From a virus, in IMG/VR virus record IMGVR_UViG_3300031851_000013, positions 7,616 to 71,615 of that record: a DNA stretch of 64,000 nucleotides, one strand, 5' to 3'. Made by a program: the position numbers and the translations under genes. Positions 10,945 through 19,774 of this stretch are shown piece by piece; position 1 is the first letter of the stretch, and each line of letters starts with the position of its first letter. The notes below the pieces were generated by a model that worked only from the letters and a program-made list of their open reading frames with translations, was not told the DNA's origin and did no database searches.

Positions 10945-12155
10945 TATAATACCTCCTTGATTGAATCAATCATTAATTTATATTGTCTTTCTTCTGAAAA
11001 ATTATTCAGAATATGTTTTTGTAATTTTTTAGCTTGACTGTTATACTTCTTTGTGTCAGTATAAACAGAACGCATTTTAACCTTCAAATCTGCAACATCA
11101 GTGAAACACCAATTACTGCTCTTTTCAATAACTCCTGACCACACTGCTTCATCTTGTACGGGAGCAACTTTGTAATTTACTCCCACCAAGTGTGATTTGT
11201 TATTCTTAGAGCGTGTAGTTGGTTTGAATGTTGTATAATCAACATATCCGCCCCAATTAGGTGCGACGATTGGCAAGGCATGGCTTGCCGCCTCAAACAC
11301 CGGCAGTGCAAAACCCTCACCATGTGAAGCAGTCAAGTAGCAATCAATTTTATCACTGTTGTATAGACCGGACATTTCCTGTTCAGTAAAGTTGCCGTGA
11401 GTTAGATAAACCTTACACTTTCGTTCTGGGAAGTTTTGTAGTAAGCTTCCTAACGCTACCCGAGTGTTGTCTAAATCAACAATAGAGTTGTTTCTAATGT
11501 TGACCTTAAGAACATAACCAACATTATTTTCATTGTGGAACTCTTCCAGAAACGCAACTAAAGATGTCTCTAGGTTTTTCCTTGGGCTCATTTGAGCAAC
11601 TGATAAGAAATTAAATTCCGTATTGATTGATTCTTCTAAACGTGAAAGGTTGACAGGCGCAACTGGCTTATGTGGGAAAGAAACAACATCAATCGGCGTG
11701 TCAACTGTAATGTCCCTAGCTGCCCCAGACAATGGATCCTTGACACTTGTTTGGGCTCCGAGGAATCCGCTTTTAGAATGTTCTGACGGGACAATAATTT
11801 TATCAACCATGTGAGTACCTCGTACCCAAGCGTCTGAAACTCTATCAGATTCAATTCCCGCAGTAACTCCAATGTTTTTGTGACAAATGCGAACCCACTC
11901 GTTAGGTACGGTAACCTGCAAAGAAAAATCTGCTTGAAGGGTCGTTCCAGCATCAATTGTTTTTAGGAGAAGTGAATCAATCCACTCTCGTTCCTTGTTG
12001 TCTTCATACATCCAACTAGTGCCACCCCAAGGGGTGTTAATCAGATATGTATCAAACTCGTCTCCATACTCACGTAATGCACGTAACACAAAACGAGTGT
12101 GTTCTCCATATCCGGACCTAGACAAAGCTGGTCCTCTCACTAAGACTTTTTTCAT
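10944..12155 (-). CDS. Glycosyltransferase family 4 (GT-B)
   Basis: SGYG N-terminal motif, RKNL, SHGEGFALPVFEA. Confidence 0.88.
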   Translation of the reverse strand: MKKVLVRGPALSRSGYGEHTRFVLRALREYGDEFDTYLINTPWGGTSWMYEDNKEREWIDSLLLKTIDAGTTLQADFSLQVTVPNEWVRICHKNIGVTAGIESDRVSDAWVRGTHMVDKIIVPSEHSKSGFLGAQTSVKDPLSGAARDITVDTPIDVVSFPHKPVAPVNLSRLEESINTEFNFLSVAQMSPRKNLETSLVAFLEEFHNENNVGYVLKVNIRNNSIVDLDNTRVALGSLLQNFPERKCKVYLTHGNFTEQEMSGLYNSDKIDCYLTASHGEGFALPVFEAASHALPIVAPNWGGYVDYTTFKPTTRSKNNKSHLVGVNYKVAPVQDEAVWSGVIEKSSNWCFTDVADLKVKMRSVYTDTKKYNSQAKKLQKHILNNFSEERQYKLMIDSIKEVL

Positions 12156-13423
12156 AATTCTTCCACTCTCCAGCTACTATAGTTCTTTCTATTTTCCCAA
12201 GAACCATTTGTTTCATAAACTTCAGTTATAATTTTGTCCCATTGCTGACTGAACTTGTCAAAATTATAATTATTAAGGACATGTTCACGACCAGCACGAC
12301 CAAGGGCATCTCGGTCTTCTTGTGACATATTATAAATTTTCTCAAGACTGGAAACAAAGTCTTCCTTTGATACCCGGTCCTCGTAAATATAAGGAACACC
12401 TTGTGAACTATTGACAGATTTTGAAGAAGGTTCAACACCTATCCCAAACCATTGCGTACCATCAGTAACTTGTTCTTGCAAGCCCCCAGTCATGTTCACA
12501 ATAATCGGAGTCTCACAAGCTAACGACTCCAACGTAGACATACCGAAACCTTCAGCATCTGAAACATTGATTGTACAATCTGCCATACTATAAATCATAG
12601 CCAACTCGTTTGGTGGATATTTAGCGGTTGAAATCAAGACCTGACCATCTGTAGAGTCAGTTGCAGACAACAAGTGTGATAAATCAGCACCATACGGGTC
12701 ATTTGGATCAGTGTGCATAATCAGACAAACATTTTCCTTACCCACAGATTTGGCGAAGTCGCAAAACCACCACAGAACCGAAGCACTCATCTTGCGACGG
12801 GCGTTTCTGTTGTTCCAAAAGAAAACAAACTTGTTTTCATCTCCGAGAGAGTTCTTTTTAAATTCAATCATCTCATCAGTGCCGTGCTTCTTAAATACTT
12901 CGGTGTCAACCGTGTGTGGAAGATAATAATTCTTAACTTGGGGAGCAACGGTATTCACGACATCGTGAGTTAGCTTAGAAATTGACACGATAGCATCGTT
13001 TGATAAATAAGCGTTCTTATTAAAGTGCGGTACAGGGTAATTGTCCCAAACGTGATAATAAACAATTGGAGCTACGGGTCTAATTTCATCCTCTATCTGC
13101 CAAAGCCACTTATACCACTTGGGGTCAGTCATCAACCAAACAACATCTGGCTTTTCTGTTCTCAAGACAGAACGGACGATTTCAGGTGTTCCAAAATACT
13201 CTTCCGGTTTACCCTCGCCACCCACTGGGAAGATCTTCCAATCGTCACCCCATTGTTCTGTCACTACTGGGTTCTTATTAACGTGTTTAACTGCTCCGCC
13301 GAGGCTTACGACCGAATATTTACCTGTACGTAAAAGACCTTCAATCGTATATCTTGACTGAATACCAACGCCGGTTGGAGAAAACGGGTGGTCACCCAAT
13401 GTTAAAATTTTAATCTTACTCAT
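12152..13423 (-). CDS. Glycosyltransferase family 4 (GT-B)
   Basis: PTGVG, NNRNARRK, SDAEGFGMSTLESLACETP. Confidence 0.88.
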   Translation of the reverse strand: MSKIKILTLGDHPFSPTGVGIQSRYTIEGLLRTGKYSVVSLGGAVKHVNKNPVVTEQWGDDWKIFPVGGEGKPEEYFGTPEIVRSVLRTEKPDVVWLMTDPKWYKWLWQIEDEIRPVAPIVYYHVWDNYPVPHFNKNAYLSNDAIVSISKLTHDVVNTVAPQVKNYYLPHTVDTEVFKKHGTDEMIEFKKNSLGDENKFVFFWNNRNARRKMSASVLWWFCDFAKSVGKENVCLIMHTDPNDPYGADLSHLLSATDSTDGQVLISTAKYPPNELAMIYSMADCTINVSDAEGFGMSTLESLACETPIIVNMTGGLQEQVTDGTQWFGIGVEPSSKSVNSSQGVPYIYEDRVSKEDFVSSLEKIYNMSQEDRDALGRAGREHVLNNYNFDKFSQQWDKIITEVYETNGSWENRKNYSSWRVEEL

Positions 13424-13425
13424 CT

Positions 13426-14217
13426 CTAATTCCTTTTACAGTGTTCCGTGTTATAAAATTCGCACGTCCCATATTGACCATGACACGAAAGGCGATTTTT
13501 AACATAGTTTTTATTCTTTATATTATAAAGGGCTTTGTCCAAAAGGTTAAGGGCGTTGCTCATCTTTTTTGTACCAGAACTAACAACAAAAAATTCTACG
13601 TGATTCTTCTTGGCTGTTCTCTTTAATAGGGCAAAGTGTGTGTCAATCATTGATGGGTCAACGTTGTGTTTCTTCGCATAAAAGTTTTTATATAAAGTCA
13701 ACTGATATGTCGTCATAGGTTCGGAACGCCGACGGGCATCCCAACCCCACGAACAGGTTTTCCAGTCAATAATATGAACCCTACTATCAGGTGTCTTTAC
13801 AACTAAGTCAATAAACCCCTTAAACATATAATTTTCGTGCTCATCAATGTCAACCATCAAATCTTCTTCAGTTTTTAGAACTTCGTATCCATCCTGAAAA
13901 TATTGATCAAGTGCTGGGATGATCTTCGGTGATAAAGTCTTTCCCGAGACTCTCATATCTTCAACTCTTTTCCTATCTAATCCTTGGACGATCTCTTGAG
14001 GCAATTTCTTCAATTCTTCTAAAAAAGAATGTTCAAATAATTGAATTTCATCAATAGAAGGATCAAGAAGCTTTTGCTCGGCAACTTCATGAAGAGCAGT
14101 ACCAAAAGCAGTGTATTCATTACCCTTAAACAATTTAATCTTATCAAGATTAACTAGCTTGTGATAATGGGGGCAAGTGTTCCAATTTTTTAGCTCTGAA
14201 AAGGATATGTGGGGCAT
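13426..14217 (-). CDS. PD-(D/E)XK exonuclease, Cas4/AddB-like, probable Fe-S cluster
   Basis: SFS..CP, GTALH, GFIDLV...IIDWKT, QLTLY, three C-terminal Cys. Confidence 0.85.
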   Translation of the reverse strand: MPHISFSELKNWNTCPHYHKLVNLDKIKLFKGNEYTAFGTALHEVAEQKLLDPSIDEIQLFEHSFLEELKKLPQEIVQGLDRKRVEDMRVSGKTLSPKIIPALDQYFQDGYEVLKTEEDLMVDIDEHENYMFKGFIDLVVKTPDSRVHIIDWKTCSWGWDARRRSEPMTTYQLTLYKNFYAKKHNVDPSMIDTHFALLKRTAKKNHVEFFVVSSGTKKMSNALNLLDKALYNIKNKNYVKNRLSCHGQYGTCEFYNTEHCKRN

Positions 14218-14553
14218 TTATTCTCCCGTCTTTTCAGTTTTTGCTTTCTTGGTCTTTCTAGTTCTTTTTCTTTTATTAAGAACATCCATTGTGGAACCTT
14301 CAGGGTGCTTTGTTGGAATCTTAACCAACCACGTTCCAGTAACTTCCCCATAGCGATTACTAATAGAGTTACCAGAAACAACCTCTAAAACCTCGGCTCC
14401 GCCCAATTCGCCAATCTCCTTGACTTCCTTAAAACCAATCTTGGTGGGGTAATCTTTAACATTTCTAGAATATAAAGTTACTGTAATGTGTGCCTCGCCG
14501 ACATCTCGGTCAACAAGCACTTCTTTAGTTTTAATCATTCTCATGTATGACAT
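14218..14553 (-). CDS. Hypothetical protein with basic tail
   Basis: 111 aa ORF with GGAG SD. Confidence 0.65.
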   Translation of the reverse strand: MSYMRMIKTKEVLVDRDVGEAHITVTLYSRNVKDYPTKIGFKEVKEIGELGGAEVLEVVSGNSISNRYGEVTGTWLVKIPTKHPEGSTMDVLNKRKRTRKTKKAKTEKTGE

Positions 14554-14567
14554 AATTTCTCCAAGGG

Positions 14568-15254
14568 CTATGAACAGTGACTAATAATATCAGTTATTTT
14601 TTGATATAAGGTAGGGCTCACTGTTTCTAGTGATGCTCTATCCCCGTAGAGATATTCTTCAAAACCCACTGCAAAGTACTCTCTTAGAGATGTTGCAGAG
14701 TAAGGTGTTGGAAAAATATCAATACATAAAATAGCCATTTTGTCGTATCCCACTCCTTTATAAAAAAAATAATCCAATTCCTTAGAATACTCTGTATCAA
14801 GAAACTGTATTACATCTATATTATAACCCTGATTGTGCAATATGTCAAGTAGTTTTTTTCTTTTTTCTATGAATTCTCTCTCTAAAAACCCATCGGAGTA
14901 TATTTCCATACCCGCAAAAGATTCTACAGAGTGTGCAATTTCGTGAATAATGTCATCTATGATCTCCTCGTCGCTTTCTTGTTCGTTCGTCATATAAATT
15001 GTTGCGTCTTTATATACAGCCTTTACTTCACGATCTACGAGTTCTGGGAACTGTCCAATATAAACAGCTTCAAGTTCTTGCACCAAACCCGGCGGCACGA
15101 TTTGTTCCACCTGTGCAATTACCATAGTCATGTCTATTTCTTGAGGTAAGGGATCTTTTATGAAAACATGCACCGAACCAAACATTTGATATTCTTTCCT
15201 CTCGGAAAGGACTGTCTTCGCTCGGGCTGCGACATTGTTTCTAATCTTGTCCAT
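14568..15254 (-). CDS. Zincin-type metalloprotease-like protein
   Basis: IIHEIAH plus downstream EYFA; start reassigned to MDKIRNN after GGAG. Confidence 0.65.
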   Translation of the reverse strand: MDKIRNNVAARAKTVLSERKEYQMFGSVHVFIKDPLPQEIDMTMVIAQVEQIVPPGLVQELEAVYIGQFPELVDREVKAVYKDATIYMTNEQESDEEIIDDIIHEIAHSVESFAGMEIYSDGFLEREFIEKRKKLLDILHNQGYNIDVIQFLDTEYSKELDYFFYKGVGYDKMAILCIDIFPTPYSATSLREYFAVGFEEYLYGDRASLETVSPTLYQKITDIISHCS

Positions 15255-15489
15255 TTTGAACTCCAGTGGCATCGTCTAAACCTTGTTTATAACCACGGAC
15301 CCAATTTTCCTCTGCAACAACCATTAACATTTCTGGAAACTCTGACGCAACTATATCAATAATCATTTCAACTGTCACGTTTCCATCTTCCGGATTTTTT
15401 GTTTCCCCAACATAATCAACAATCATTGATTTTAGTTTTGTTTCGGGATTTATAACCTTAACCATTTCAGGGTTTACGATTTCGCTCAT
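15241..15489 (-). CDS. Hypothetical protein
   Basis: 82 aa ORF with AAGGAG SD. Confidence 0.7.
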   Translation of the reverse strand: MSEIVNPEMVKVINPETKLKSMIVDYVGETKNPEDGNVTVEMIIDIVASEFPEMLMVVAEENWVRGYKQGLDDATGVQNGQD

Positions 15490-15510
15490 TATTTTCTCCT
15501 TACTGAAAAT

Positions 15511-16869
15511 TTATAACACTTTAGCAGCTAAGGAGGCAACCTCTGAACGCTCACCCTTCAAGAGAGTTACGTGACCGGTAATTTGATATGATTTTAACTT
15601 TTCAACAGCATAAGTTAAGCCATTTGAAGTTTCATCAAGATAGATATTATCAATTTGTTCAATATCACCAGTCAAAACGATTTTGGTTCCTTCCCCAACT
15701 CTTGTTATTATAGTCTTTAATTCGTGTTTTGTTAAATTTTGTGCTTCATCAACAATAATATAAGCGTTTGCGATGGAACGACCACGAATATAGGTCAGTG
15801 CCTCAATCTCAATTGTACCAGCCTCCATATACATTTCTAAAGTAGCCTTATCGTCTCCGAGAAGGAACTGAAGGTTGTCTTGAACAGGCATCAACCAAGG
15901 AGCCATTTTTTCTTCTAAGGTTCCCGGAAGAAAGCCAATATCTTTACCCAGAGGTTGAACAGGTCTTGTCACGATCAAACGCTTGTAGAACGTCTCTGAA
16001 GCGTTTTCCTGTTTGCTCCTGCCTTTTCCCCGGCTAGGTTCTAGGACTTGCTGTAGCCCCGCTGCGAGCGCACAGAGGGTCTTTCCTGAACCGGCTTTAC
16101 CTATTAGAGAAACAATCGGTACTCTTTTATCAAGAAGAAGGTCTAAACCAAAATGTTGTTCCTTGTTTCTAGGTGTTACACCCCAAATTCCTCCAGTGCT
16201 TTCTGCATGAATTCTTTTTAACGGGAGTGTATAACTTATAAATCTAGCCAAGGCAGTCTTTTTATTGTTTGTACTTGACACCAACATTAAAAACTGATTA
16301 GGTTGAAGATGATAATCTTGATCAGAAATCATAATAGGCTCACCATCATAGAAGTCGTCAATTATATCATCATCAAGTAATAACTCGCCATAACCAGTAT
16401 AAATTTCTCCGGCGTTGCGGATAACCTTGCCAACAATATAGTCTTCGGCTGGAATTCCTAGTGCATCGCACTTTACTCTCATATTGATGTCACGAGATAC
16501 TATTGATACCTTCTTAGTCGGGTTTGCAATAGATTCTGTTAATGCCGTTGCAATAATTTGATTATCAGGATCTTCTCTTGGAAACTCCTCTGGTAATAGT
16601 TTTCCGTTATAACCTTTTACGGTCAGGACACCCTTACCTTTATCAATACGAACTCCAGACTCTAGTGAACCTTTTGAGCGCAAGTCATCAAGAATTTTAA
16701 TAATTCTCCTTGCGTTGGAACCAACAGAGTCCTGTCTTTTTTTATGCTTGTCAATCTCCTCAAGAACCTTGAGGGGGACAACGATGTCGTTGTTTTTAAA
16801 TGCGTAAACTGAATTAAAATCTGTCAAATATACGCTCGTGTCTAACACGTAAGTTTTTTTTCTTGCCAC
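15511..16869 (-). CDS. phoH: PIN-domain PhoH family ATPase (PhoH2-type)
   Basis: YVLDTSV PIN motif; GKAGSGKT; IGFLPG; YIRGRS; IIVDEAQN; GDIEQID. Confidence 0.93.
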   Translation of the reverse strand: MARKKTYVLDTSVYLTDFNSVYAFKNNDIVVPLKVLEEIDKHKKRQDSVGSNARRIIKILDDLRSKGSLESGVRIDKGKGVLTVKGYNGKLLPEEFPREDPDNQIIATALTESIANPTKKVSIVSRDINMRVKCDALGIPAEDYIVGKVIRNAGEIYTGYGELLLDDDIIDDFYDGEPIMISDQDYHLQPNQFLMLVSSTNNKKTALARFISYTLPLKRIHAESTGGIWGVTPRNKEQHFGLDLLLDKRVPIVSLIGKAGSGKTLCALAAGLQQVLEPSRGKGRSKQENASETFYKRLIVTRPVQPLGKDIGFLPGTLEEKMAPWLMPVQDNLQFLLGDDKATLEMYMEAGTIEIEALTYIRGRSIANAYIIVDEAQNLTKHELKTIITRVGEGTKIVLTGDIEQIDNIYLDETSNGLTYAVEKLKSYQITGHVTLLKGERSEVASLAAKVL

Positions 16870-16924
16870 TTGATACCACCTTTATATTATTTAGTTTAAG
16901 GGCTTTACTGTAATTAGTTAAACA

Positions 16925-16965
16925 AAAAATAAACAAAAAAAAACCCCCCTCACGAGGAGGGGGGC
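16925..16965 (-). terminator. Intrinsic terminator
   Basis: G/C-rich hairpin (CCCCCT..AGGGGG) followed by long U tract on minus strand. Confidence 0.75.
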
Positions 16966-17005
16966 TAAACATTAGTTAATGTTTATATTATTTTGTGCTT
17001 TAGCT

Positions 17006-19729
17006 TTAAATCATCCGAACAGTGAGTGTTGCAGAAACGCCGTCTGTACTTTCCCACCATAGGTTCTGATTTGGTATTTCAAGCTTATTGCCACCTTGCA
17101 GGTTATAGTCGCCAGCCCCCAAATTAAAGGATGTGTACGTACCATTGTCCGTCTCAACCTCGATATAGAGAGTGCCGCCACTAACTTCCATGTGATCTAC
17201 TGCTGTACTGCGATCCTGACCAGAATCAAACTTAATCGTAAGACCAGCTACACCGGCAGTATAATCATCGCCAGAATAACTTGCTGGTACTGAACCATTG
17301 TTACATTGAATTGACGCATAATTAGTATGCTTGGCTTTAAATTGATGCTGCGAATCATAAGTATCATACCCCGGATCCATACAACCAACAGAAGGCTCAT
17401 ATGTGGTAAAGAGCCCTAGTCGACCAGTCTGACCCGTTAATGGGTTGCTTGCTGTACCATTTACGGATGGATATGGAACCACCATACCCGGACTAACGAA
17501 ATCAAACGTAAGTGTTCTATTTCCTTCAGAGTCAATATCACTAATAGTCATATTATTTAATTCTCCTTCAGTCGTAGTCCACCACTGACTGTCGTGACCA
17601 TCTTCCCAGTTTTGGAAGTGGACATGTGTCACATCACCAGTGCCGGATCCACCTAGTCCATGAACCTCTATAGCTTGAGCACTAGGTAGTGTAACCACGA
17701 CCTGTGTTGCATACAACATAGGCATACTACCTGCGGGTACCTCTGTTATTGTAGAAGTAATTGCACTGTATAGCAAATCACCGTGAGAAGGCTGTTCAAA
17801 ACCATAAATACAACTGTTGTCGGACACATCAGCATTCACATCATAATTCATTGCTGTTGGATCCATACATCCTGTCTGGGGATATATACAACTTCCATCC
17901 TCCATCGTCGCATTGTAATCATAGTTAGATGCAGATGGATCAGTACAACCATAAATTTGAGATCCGCTGGATGAACCGCCGGATGAACCGCCGCCTGATT
18001 CGCCACTGCTGCCGGAACCCGAGCCGCTGCTTATGATGCATGAACCATCATCAACATTAGCCATTGAATTATAGTTAGATGCAGCCGGGTCAGTACAACC
18101 CAAAGAGAACTGCCCCTGTTCGCCAAGCGAGAAGCTCATTTCGTAGGTGAATCCGTACGATGTGGCTCCACTATAATCTACACGAGCTTGAATTCTATCG
18201 CCGACATTCAACGTACCAAGATTTAGCATTGCTGCTTTTCCAGTAAGAGCGTGTGATGATACACCATTAATTTGCAAAAGCGAACCATTGATAAAGATTT
18301 GAATGGTGATACCATCCCATCCATCACCATAATCGTCAAGAAGGAACATTTCAACCGTGCCTGACGGTGCGCCGTTAATAAAACCGGTAATCTCATACTC
18401 TCTCGGGAGCCAATCCTCGGTCAAATATCCATCTACTACATCTATCGTCGCACCATAAAATGGGGCACCAGCGAAGTCCACCTGTACAATTTGAGGTGGC
18501 TGGTTAAACGGGCTTAGGGTTGCCTTATAAACCGGAGCACCGGAGTCAGAGTCAGCCCATGGGTACTGTTCAATTCCATAAACCAAGCTAGTCCCATCTT
18601 CATTGTAGGTGTGACCCCTATAAGATGAGTACCGGTCGGTATGCGGTAACGTAAAACCTCTATCACCGACAAATGTACCACTGACAATTATTTCATCAGA
18701 TGATGTCATGGCACCACAATCAGCAACCTGAATATGAACCTGAAGCTGTGAAACGCCGTTGGGTTCGTCGTTTACAATCTTGGCATTGTTCCAAACCTCT
18801 TCCCCACGGATTTCCACTCCCTGACTACCAGTACGCTTAATAACTGTACGAATAATCCAGTTTGAAATGTCTCCCCTAGAGGCTGTATTACCACTCAAGT
18901 CTCCACTCACGCCGTAAGCCGAGAGTTGGTTCAGGTCGTGAGCAAGCTCAAATCCGTCTAGCTGATTCATGACTGCATTAGCAACAGTAGAATAATTAAG
19001 AACATGATGGAAATTATCCAACACGGACTCGGCTTGAACGTTGAACGCTTCTGCTGCGATATTTGTTTCCATTGTTGTAGCAATGTCATCATCAAGCATG
19101 TCAGCGTGTAAGCGAACAGCAAGTTCCATGCGGTCCAACGTAACCCGAAGATCAATAATCCACTCGCCGAGGGCACCTTCAAGCTCATCAACATCCTGTT
19201 GTCTAGCAGCTTCTTCAGCAGCTAACGCAACATCAATCATATCAGAAAGTTGATTAATCTGCTGCACAACTTCCGCTAGGGATTCAATAATACCGTCGTT
19301 ATCAATATGAGACTCAAGTCTATTGATCCCATCAGCTTCTTTGTATGTTAGGGAGCCGTCGGGTCTAGAAATTTTAAGCCAAGCTTTTCTCTCTAGAACA
19401 ACGCCATTTCCTGCATGGTAAGCACCGGGAACTGAGTTTCCGTCGCCGTCTATGTAATCATCGCCACCCTGTGAGACAAGTGAAGCATCAATAAATGCAC
19501 CAGATGGCTCTTGAAAGCGATATTCGAGATCTAAATCTTTAACAAGACTCTTACCAGCAGTGCCGTCTTGAAGAAAAATCTCCCCGCCGGGGGCTAATTG
19601 TAGATCCCCGCAGATTTTAACTCCTTTAGCTTCCATCGCATAAAGAAATTTCTTAATTGGTCCTTGAAGTTGACTCACGCTAGGATCGCTCAAGTCATTT
19701 TCAAAAGGTGTTTCATTATTTGTACTCAT
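17006..19729 (-). CDS. Virion surface protein with GCxDPxAxNY repeats; paralog of upstream gene
   Basis: 907 aa; four GC(T/M)DP repeats, DDYGDGWDG motif, Ser/Gly linker; N-terminus shares KKFLxAxEAKG...FLQDGTA with 19775..22132. Confidence 0.75.
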   Translation of the reverse strand: MSTNNETPFENDLSDPSVSQLQGPIKKFLYAMEAKGVKICGDLQLAPGGEIFLQDGTAGKSLVKDLDLEYRFQEPSGAFIDASLVSQGGDDYIDGDGNSVPGAYHAGNGVVLERKAWLKISRPDGSLTYKEADGINRLESHIDNDGIIESLAEVVQQINQLSDMIDVALAAEEAARQQDVDELEGALGEWIIDLRVTLDRMELAVRLHADMLDDDIATTMETNIAAEAFNVQAESVLDNFHHVLNYSTVANAVMNQLDGFELAHDLNQLSAYGVSGDLSGNTASRGDISNWIIRTVIKRTGSQGVEIRGEEVWNNAKIVNDEPNGVSQLQVHIQVADCGAMTSSDEIIVSGTFVGDRGFTLPHTDRYSSYRGHTYNEDGTSLVYGIEQYPWADSDSGAPVYKATLSPFNQPPQIVQVDFAGAPFYGATIDVVDGYLTEDWLPREYEITGFINGAPSGTVEMFLLDDYGDGWDGITIQIFINGSLLQINGVSSHALTGKAAMLNLGTLNVGDRIQARVDYSGATSYGFTYEMSFSLGEQGQFSLGCTDPAASNYNSMANVDDGSCIISSGSGSGSSGESGGGSSGGSSSGSQIYGCTDPSASNYDYNATMEDGSCIYPQTGCMDPTAMNYDVNADVSDNSCIYGFEQPSHGDLLYSAITSTITEVPAGSMPMLYATQVVVTLPSAQAIEVHGLGGSGTGDVTHVHFQNWEDGHDSQWWTTTEGELNNMTISDIDSEGNRTLTFDFVSPGMVVPYPSVNGTASNPLTGQTGRLGLFTTYEPSVGCMDPGYDTYDSQHQFKAKHTNYASIQCNNGSVPASYSGDDYTAGVAGLTIKFDSGQDRSTAVDHMEVSGGTLYIEVETDNGTYTSFNLGAGDYNLQGGNKLEIPNQNLWWESTDGVSATLTVRMI

Positions 19730-19774
19730 TTTTTATTCCTCCTTTTTGTTTAAAAATGATATAATAAACTTTCA

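Noticed and set aside
13426-14217. CRISPR-Cas system suggested by the Cas4-like gene
   Set aside because: No repeat-spacer array or other cas genes seen in the window.
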